Source of the DNA: Bacteroidia bacterium
Lineage (GTDB): Bacteria; Bacteroidota; Bacteroidia; UBA4408
NCBI GenBank assembly: GCA_035438985.1
Contig: DAORJK010000002.1
Span: 316,442-380,441 of the forward strand
Direction: 5' to 3'
Length of the DNA: 64,000 nt
Both the position numbers and the translations under genes were made by a program. Shown piece after piece: positions 58,544 through 64,000 of this stretch. The stretch's first letter is position 1. Each line of letters begins with the position of its first letter. The notes beneath the pieces were generated by a model. The model was given only the letters and a program-made list of their open reading frames with translations. It did not search any database and was not told the origin of the DNA.

Positions 58544-60016
58544 CTATTTTGAATTAAGCAACATCTTTTTAGTAATGTTACCCTCATTTGTTGTTAAGCT
58601 ATAAAAATAAATCCCGGATGGCAACTGTTCAGCATCGAAAAGCAATTGAAATTCACCTGCAGGTTTTGATTCATTAAGCAAGGTTTTTACCAACTCACCA
58701 TAGGCATTATAAATGGAAAGTGTTACATCGCTTTTGGAAGCCAATGAAATTGTAAAAGTAGTTTGTTGTGTAAATGGATTGGGAATATTTTGAGAAATTG
58801 ACGAGTGACCAATAGTTGCGTTTTCATCAATGCTGGTAGTATTGGGCACGATTTTGTAAATTTTACCTTCACCGTAAGAAATAACATAAATGTTGTTTTG
58901 ACGATCGACCCCAAAAGCAGAAATAGATTTTTGCTGCGCTGTTGCCGTAGGTCTGTCAATAATTAGTGCATTGGTAGTTGGAGTTACTCCGGTATAATTT
59001 AACGCCCAAATTCTTCCCGAAACATAATCTCCATAAATGTATTTACCATATAAGGCCGGCATTAATGAACCTCTATACACATATCCTCCGGTAACCGAAT
59101 AGTTAGAATTTCCTTGTGCATATTCCCATATTGGTTTACGTTTTTGTGTGGTATCGCAAATGGTAGCATTGTAACAATGTAATCCTTCCATAACATTCCA
59201 ACCGTAATTATAGCCACTTTCGAGTATATCAATTTCTTCATAGGCATTTTGACCAACATCTCCTGCCCACATTTTTTGACTTACCGAATCTAAACTAAAT
59301 CGCCAGGTATTACGCATACCATAAGTGAAAATTTCTTCTCGAAATCCCTGGGCATTTCCATAAAAAGGATTGTCGGTAGGAATGGAATAATTTAACGGAG
59401 TTGCAGCAGAATCAATATCGATACGTAAAATTTTTCCAAGTAAAACTGATTTATTTTGGCCATTTCCTAATGGATCCCCACCTGAACCTCCGTCACCGAA
59501 TGCACAATATAAATATCCATCTAAGCCAAAATTTAGGCAACCACCGTTGTGATTCCCGTAAGGCTGACTGATGTTTAAAATCTCAAATTTGCTGCTAAAT
59601 AGTGCTGAGTCGGGATTGGTGGCACTTACCTGAAATCGGGAAATGTATGATTTTAAGGATCCACTAAGACTGTTCGTATAATTCACATAAAAGTATCCAT
59701 TGTTTGCATAGTCAGGGTGAAATGCCAAGCCTAAAAGACCTGTTTCGCCGGATACTCCAGATTGACTAACGATGCTTGAAAGGTCAATAAATAATTTAGC
59801 GGTCGTAGTAGCACCACTGGTGGATATTGCATAAATTTTACCGTGTTTTTCAACAACAAACATTCGGTTACTTGTATCGGGCACGCTCTTTAGTTCAATC
59901 GGATAAAGAAAAACCGTTGATAATGTTGGATATGCCGGTTGAAGCAAATAGGTTTGGGCTGAGAGATGATTAACGAGTAGTAAATAAACGAGGCAGCAAG
60001 TAAGGATTTTCTTCAT
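58544..60016 (-). CDS. T9SS-secreted soluble quinoprotein glucose/sorbosone dehydrogenase-like (PQQ-dependent aldose sugar dehydrogenase family) beta-propeller protein
   Basis: Signal peptide 'MKKILTCCLVYLLLVNHLSAQ' and GSDH motifs ('GNHNGGCLNFGLDGYLY', 'GDGGSGGDP', 'GKILRIDID'). A C-terminal T9SS sorting domain reads 'NIPNPF...GIYFYSLTTNEGNITKKMLL'. The ORF track's extra 18 N-terminal residues are probably not translated. Confidence 0.8.
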   Translation of the reverse strand: MKKILTCCLVYLLLVNHLSAQTYLLQPAYPTLSTVFLYPIELKSVPDTSNRMFVVEKHGKIYAISTSGATTTAKLFIDLSSIVSQSGVSGETGLLGLAFHPDYANNGYFYVNYTNSLSGSLKSYISRFQVSATNPDSALFSSKFEILNISQPYGNHNGGCLNFGLDGYLYCAFGDGGSGGDPLGNGQNKSVLLGKILRIDIDSAATPLNYSIPTDNPFYGNAQGFREEIFTYGMRNTWRFSLDSVSQKMWAGDVGQNAYEEIDILESGYNYGWNVMEGLHCYNATICDTTQKRKPIWEYAQGNSNYSVTGGYVYRGSLMPALYGKYIYGDYVSGRIWALNYTGVTPTTNALIIDRPTATAQQKSISAFGVDRQNNIYVISYGEGKIYKIVPNTTSIDENATIGHSSISQNIPNPFTQQTTFTISLASKSDVTLSIYNAYGELVKTLLNESKPAGEFQLLFDAEQLPSGIYFYSLTTNEGNITKKMLLNSK

Positions 60017-60210
60017 AATATATGGTTGAGTTAGAAAGCCAAATATAAGGTCTATATTAAGAAGGTACAAATTGAAATCTTACTTTTTAACTGACGGTTA
60101 ATTTTATACTATTGTAGCTTGTAATTATTGAACTCGTTAATTGTACTCTTTTGAATTTTAAATGCATTAATATGGCTTATCCAAATAATAAAAAAGTGAA
60201 CCTCAGTTTT

Positions 60211-62700
60211 ATGAAAAAATCCTGCATAGTTATTATAATGCTTCACTTGCAAATGCTGCAATATGCTTTTGCTCAGGTGCAGACAAACTCAGCTGAAATT
60301 TACCTTGGTCTAAAAAAGTTAAACACCCTTGGTTCGGTATTGTATATTGCAGCTCATCCCGATGATGAAAACACAAGGTTACTTTCCTATCTAGCAAAAG
60401 AAAGAAATGTAAGAACCGGTTACTTATCTATTACGCGCGGCGATGGTGGTCAAAATTTAATTGGCAAGGAGCAAGGTGAAGCATTGGGTTTAATTCGTAC
60501 GCAAGAATTGTTAGCTGCACGCAAGGTTGATGGTGCTGAGCAATTTTTTACCCGTGCCAACGATTTTGGGTATAGTAAAAATCCGGAAGAAACATTTCAG
60601 TTTTGGAACAAGGATAGTATTTTGGAAGACGTGGTTTGGGTGATTAGAAATTTTAAACCGGATGTAATTATTTGTCGTTTTCCAACTACCGGTGAGGGTG
60701 GGCATGGTCACCATACTGCTTCAGCAATTTTAGCCGAAGAAGCTTTTACCGCTGCTGCCGATGCTTCTAAATTTCCGCATCAATTAAAGTATACACAAGT
60801 TTGGCAAGCAAAGCGAATATTTTGGAACACCTTTAATTTTGGTGGAACCAATACTACCGATTCGAGTCAGTTAAAAGTAAATGTTGGTGTGTTCAATGTG
60901 TTAACCGGTAAAAGTTATGGAGAGGTTGCAGCCGAAAGTCGTTCAAACCATAAAAGCCAAGGATTTGGATCTGCCAAAACTCGTGGCAACACACTTGAGT
61001 TTTTCAAACAAATAAAAGGTGATATTGCCAACAATGACCTATTTGAAGGAATCAATCAAAGTTGGGACAGACTAAATTCTTGTGCAACCATTAAAGAGAA
61101 AATTTCAAATTGCATCGACTCCTATTCGATCGCTCATCCGGAAAAATCAGTAGATGCGCTTATAGAAATACATACACTTTTACAAAATAAGGAAGAAAAG
61201 AACACGGAGTTTTTATATTGGAAGAAGTTAAAGTTGAAAGAAATTGAGCAGCTTATTATTTCTTGTTCGGGCTTGTGGTGTGAGGCTTCAGCCGCTGATT
61301 ATATAGGTATACCCGGAACTGATCTAGAACTTAACTTACAATTTGTTAACCGAAACCAAGTAAAACTAGCATGCAAAAGCATTTCATTTTTTAATCAGAA
61401 CGACACACTTTTAAATTTAACTCCAAAATTGAATGAATTAATAACAATAAAACATCGTGAAAAGCTTAATCCAAGTTTACCCTTTTCATCACCTTATTGG
61501 TTAAATCATTCACACGGAGTAGGGCAATATTACGTAGACAACAAGTTATGGATTGGAAAAGCAGAAAATGATAGTCCGTTGAATGTGTTTTTTGATTTTG
61601 AAATTAACGGTAAAAATTTTCGCATTGAACGACCTGTTGTTTTTAAATCAACTGATCCTGTGAAAGGCGAGGTGTATCGCCCGGTTGAAATAGTACCACC
61701 TGTAACTGTAAATTTATCAGAGCGGGTTTATGTATTTGCTGATAACAATCCCAAAAAAATTCAATTGATTTTGCGTTCAAATAAATCAGCGCTTGAAGGT
61801 AAAATTGTTGCTACAGTTGCAAAAGGGTGGAACTTAGTTTTGGATACAAACGAATTTAAAATTGCAAACAAAGGAACAGAGTTAGTAATAAATGGAATGC
61901 TAACTCCTCCGCAAAACGGAAAAGAAGCCAAACTTGAAATAGGTATACAATTAGGTACAGCTACTTATACTTCCTCTATAAAGAGAGTTGAATACGATCA
62001 CATACCTTATCAATTTATTCTTGCAAAGTCGGAGGCGAAATTGGTTTGTATTGATGTAAAAAAAGCTGGATTAAATATTGGGTTTATTCCAGGGGCAGGT
62101 GATGAAATAGTTGATTGCCTCAAACAAATTGGTTACCATGTGACTTTACTCACAGATGAATTGTTGGCGAAAGAAAACTTGTTGGAGTACAATACCATTA
62201 TTACAGGTGTGCGCGCATACAACACAAATGAAAGACTTCAACAATTTTATCCTCGTTTGATGGACTATGTTAAGATGGGAGGAAATTTAATTGTTCAATA
62301 TAATACCAATAATCGAATAGGACCTTTGTTGGCAAAAATTGGTCCTTACCCATTTACAATTTCACGTGATCGCGTAACGGATGAAAATGCGCAAATGCAA
62401 TTTTTGAAAGCTGATCATTCAGTATTAAATTATCCAAATAAAATTGTTTCGTCCGATTTTGATAATTGGGTGCAGGAACGAGGAATTTATTTTGCTACTG
62501 AAGTAGATAAAAACTATGAAAGTATTTTTTCGGTAAGTGATAAAAACGAATCAGCCAAGGAAGGAAGTTTGATTATTGGAAAATATGGAAAGGGAAATTT
62601 TGCTTACACTGGATTAGCATTCTTTCGTCAACTGCCTGCAGGAAATTCAGGAGCCTATCGCTTATTCGTGAATTTGTTGAGCTTACCAAAACAACCCTGA
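60211..62700 (+). CDS. Large PIG-L/LmbE-family (N-acetylglucosaminyl) deacetylase-domain protein with a signal peptide and C-terminal ThuA/GATase1-like region
   Basis: 'LYIAAHPDDENTRLLSYL' is the PIG-L zinc-site motif, with 'HGHHTASA' further on. The ORF track begins at a TTG (60151); the ATG at 60211 gives the signal peptide 'MKKSCIVIIMLHLQMLQYAFAQ'. Confidence 0.75.
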   Translation: MKKSCIVIIMLHLQMLQYAFAQVQTNSAEIYLGLKKLNTLGSVLYIAAHPDDENTRLLSYLAKERNVRTGYLSITRGDGGQNLIGKEQGEALGLIRTQELLAARKVDGAEQFFTRANDFGYSKNPEETFQFWNKDSILEDVVWVIRNFKPDVIICRFPTTGEGGHGHHTASAILAEEAFTAAADASKFPHQLKYTQVWQAKRIFWNTFNFGGTNTTDSSQLKVNVGVFNVLTGKSYGEVAAESRSNHKSQGFGSAKTRGNTLEFFKQIKGDIANNDLFEGINQSWDRLNSCATIKEKISNCIDSYSIAHPEKSVDALIEIHTLLQNKEEKNTEFLYWKKLKLKEIEQLIISCSGLWCEASAADYIGIPGTDLELNLQFVNRNQVKLACKSISFFNQNDTLLNLTPKLNELITIKHREKLNPSLPFSSPYWLNHSHGVGQYYVDNKLWIGKAENDSPLNVFFDFEINGKNFRIERPVVFKSTDPVKGEVYRPVEIVPPVTVNLSERVYVFADNNPKKIQLILRSNKSALEGKIVATVAKGWNLVLDTNEFKIANKGTELVINGMLTPPQNGKEAKLEIGIQLGTATYTSSIKRVEYDHIPYQFILAKSEAKLVCIDVKKAGLNIGFIPGAGDEIVDCLKQIGYHVTLLTDELLAKENLLEYNTIITGVRAYNTNERLQQFYPRLMDYVKMGGNLIVQYNTNNRIGPLLAKIGPYPFTISRDRVTDENAQMQFLKADHSVLNYPNKIVSSDFDNWVQERGIYFATEVDKNYESIFSVSDKNESAKEGSLIIGKYGKGNFAYTGLAFFRQLPAGNSGAYRLFVNLLSLPKQP

Positions 62701-63480
62701 TTAAGAGTCACCTTTTTTTGGGCAACTTATTTTAAGGTACTTCATTTTATTTTCCTTTTTTTTGAAAATATCAATTGGTACTCAATTCAACTTTTACAAT
62801 ATCCATTGTTGAATTTCATAATCTCTACTTGTGATTTTTAAATTGTCTAGAAGCTTAAAGTGCTTGATTGTTGCTAATGAAATTTATTTTAGTGTTTATT
62901 ATAGACTTCAGTTAAGCTGAATATTGAAGCTGATTTTTGAGGTGGTGTGAATTATTACCAATGGTGTTTCATTTTTTTCATTGAGTAAAGAAACAAGTTG
63001 ATTTCAAAATGAGATTTCAGGAAAGAAATTTTACTAATGCAGGTTGGAGTAAAATATTATTGCATGAAACTGCTTAAAACAAAGGCTTTCAGAGAAATCA
63101 AAACAAGGAGGAAATAATTTTTAGAGGTATATTTTTATCGGACGATGGACATTTTTGAAAAATAAATTTCCGAACACAAAAAAAAATTGAAAATATTTTG
63201 AAGAAAAAAAATCGACAATTTTGATTGATTTGAAAATTTGGAATGGAGTTTAATTTTGAATTAAATGTTGTGAATGTATAGCAAAATCAATAGTTATAGA
63301 ATGCTTGATTTAAAATTTAATACGGAGTGTAATACCGAAAAAAAGTAAGAAGCGAAAAAATAATTTCAGTAACTAACATTTTTATGTTGATAATTAGTGC
63401 ATTAAAAATATTTTATTTCCAAAACATTTATTTCCTTTGTATCGACTATTAATTAATAGATTAACTAAAAACAAAAAACA

Positions 63481-63678
63481 ATGGCAACAAAAAAAGCACC
63501 AGCGAAAAAAGCAGCTCCAAAAAAAGCTGCCGCTAAAAAAGCAGCACCAGCAAAAAAAGCAGCTCCTAAAAAAGCAGCTCCAGCTAAGAAAGCAGCTCCT
63601 AAAAAAGCAGCTCCTGCTAAAAAAGCGGCTCCTGCTAAAAAAGCAGCAGCTAAAAAAGCTCCAGCTAAAAAGAAGTAA
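63481..63678 (+). CDS. Small (65-aa) histone-H1-like Lys/Ala/Pro-rich repeat protein, a putative nucleoid-associated DNA-binding protein
   Basis: 'MATKKAPAKKAAPKKAAAKKAAPAKK...' is built from AAPKK/AAPAKK units, with a strong terminator immediately downstream. Two overlapping ORFs in other frames (63437-63841 + and 63465-63716 -) are frame artefacts of the same repeat. Confidence 0.7.
   Translation: MATKKAPAKKAAPKKAAAKKAAPAKKAAPKKAAPAKKAAPKKAAPAKKAAPAKKAAAKKAPAKKK
63497..63672. repeat. Imperfect 15/18-nt tandem repeat array (GCAGCTCCT[GCT]AAAAAA), coding, inside the KA-rich gene
   Basis: About 10 successive units are visible in the nucleotide sequence. Confidence 0.8.
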
Positions 63679-63696
63679 TCAATTACTTCCTGAAAA

Positions 63697-63734
63697 GAAA
63701 ATCTCTCTGACTCCATCAGAGAGATTTTTTTTTG
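63697..63734 (+). terminator. Rho-independent terminator after the KA-rich gene
   Basis: 'ATCTCTCTG-actccat-CAGAGAGAT' is a 9-bp perfect stem followed by T9. Confidence 0.8.
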
Positions 63735-63773
63735 TACTAACTTCGAAGTATAAAATTCATCCTTCTTTAAAAA

Positions 63774-64000
63774 TTGATTCTACTCTTATTGCTTCTTATT
63801 ACACTTACAAGCTTTTCGCAAACTCCAATTTGTTCAACTAAAAATACTGTTGTTAAGTCGGGTGAAAAGTTACAGTATGAAATTTCCTACAATTGGGGAT
63901 TGATTTGGGTGAATGCCGGTGAAGCAAGTTTTGAGACAACCTTAATTCAACAAAATAATAAACCTTATTATAAGTTTACCGGACTCGGAGCTACTTACAC
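63774..64000 (+). CDS. 5' part of a secreted DUF3108-like protein; truncated by the window end and its start codon is uncertain
   Basis: Open frame from 63771 to the window end: 'LILLLLLLITLTSFSQ' (signal-peptide-like), then 'GEKLQYEISYNWGLIWVNAGEASFE', which resembles the DUF3108 N-terminal motif. There is no in-frame ATG; the candidates are TTG 63774 or ATT. Confidence 0.4.
   Translation, partial: MILLLLLLITLTSFSQTPICSTKNTVVKSGEKLQYEISYNWGLIWVNAGEASFETTLIQQNNKPYYKFTGLGATY

Noticed and set aside
63497-63672. Periodic 15/18-nt repeats that could superficially resemble a CRISPR-like array.
   Set aside because: The repeats are contiguous with no unique spacers. They are coding in frame, and no cas genes are present. 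This is a coding tandem repeat, not CRISPR.
63437-63841. A 134-aa ORF (plus strand, 'KKQLQ...' Lys/Gln/Leu-rich) and an 83-aa minus-strand ORF (63465-63716, 'AAFLAGAAFL...') overlap the KA-repeat gene.
   Set aside because: These are alternative-frame readings of the same nucleotide tandem repeat. The 65-aa frame starts with a proper ATG, has H1-like composition, and ends right before a perfect terminator. The other frames are compositional artefacts.

Overview
This window reads as an ordinary chromosomal stretch from an AT-rich gliding Bacteroidota genome (Flavobacteriia/Cytophagia/Sphingobacteriia type). I saw no mobile elements, CRISPR arrays, tRNA or rRNA genes, and no recognisable defence genes. 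Nearly all of it is protein-coding, and rho-independent terminators are the only non-coding structures I could support. Main contents, in order:

- **1-9.7 kb, purine catabolism.** A cluster of xdhC, allantoinase, allantoicase, OHCU decarboxylase, HIU hydrolase, a 476-aa CitE/malate-synthase-like protein of unknown role, and an xdhB-type molybdopterin subunit that has no adjacent FAD/2Fe-2S subunits and no uricase.
- **9.9-12.8 kb, Fe-S operon.** A three-gene, translationally coupled operon on the minus strand: a membrane NarI/HdrE-like protein fused to a 2x[4Fe-4S] ferredoxin, a SIMPL(DUF541) protein, and an HdrD-like CCG-domain protein.
- **12.9-25.2 kb, envelope and housekeeping.** mlaD, an amidase with a SPOR domain, lptD, obg-adk-hpt, a FabZ-like hotdog gene overlapping a lipoprotein gene, secG and groES-groEL.
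- **25.9-29.7 kb, ECF sigma module.** An ECF sigma factor, a membrane protein with a C-terminal outer-membrane beta-barrel-like domain (anti-sigma-like), and a T9SS-secreted protein.
- **29.7-38.6 kb, biosynthesis and envelope.** purD, purQ, dut, a nucleotidyltransferase, a TPR lipoprotein, a DUF4292 protein and an M23/EnvC-like protein.
- **38.7-45.8 kb.** An LptE-like gene overlapping a sigma-54 activator that lacks a sensory domain, then miaB, topA with a Lys/Ala-rich tail, and an arginase-fold protein whose catalytic motifs are degenerate.
- **46-51.8 kb, T9SS/gliding core.** porP/sprF and gldKLMN.
- **51.9-62.7 kb.** uvrA, lptB, a DUF5686 outer-membrane protein, an AhpD-like protein, a T9SS-secreted quinoprotein sugar dehydrogenase, and a large PIG-L-family protein.
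- **62.7-64 kb.** About 780 bp of AT-rich non-coding DNA, then a 65-aa histone-H1-like Lys/Ala/Pro tandem-repeat protein with a strong terminator, then the start of a DUF3108-like gene.

The best candidates for something not yet characterised are the membrane Fe-S/SIMPL/CCG operon, the ECF-sigma/beta-barrel/T9SS-cargo module, and the CitE-like protein in the purine-catabolism cluster.
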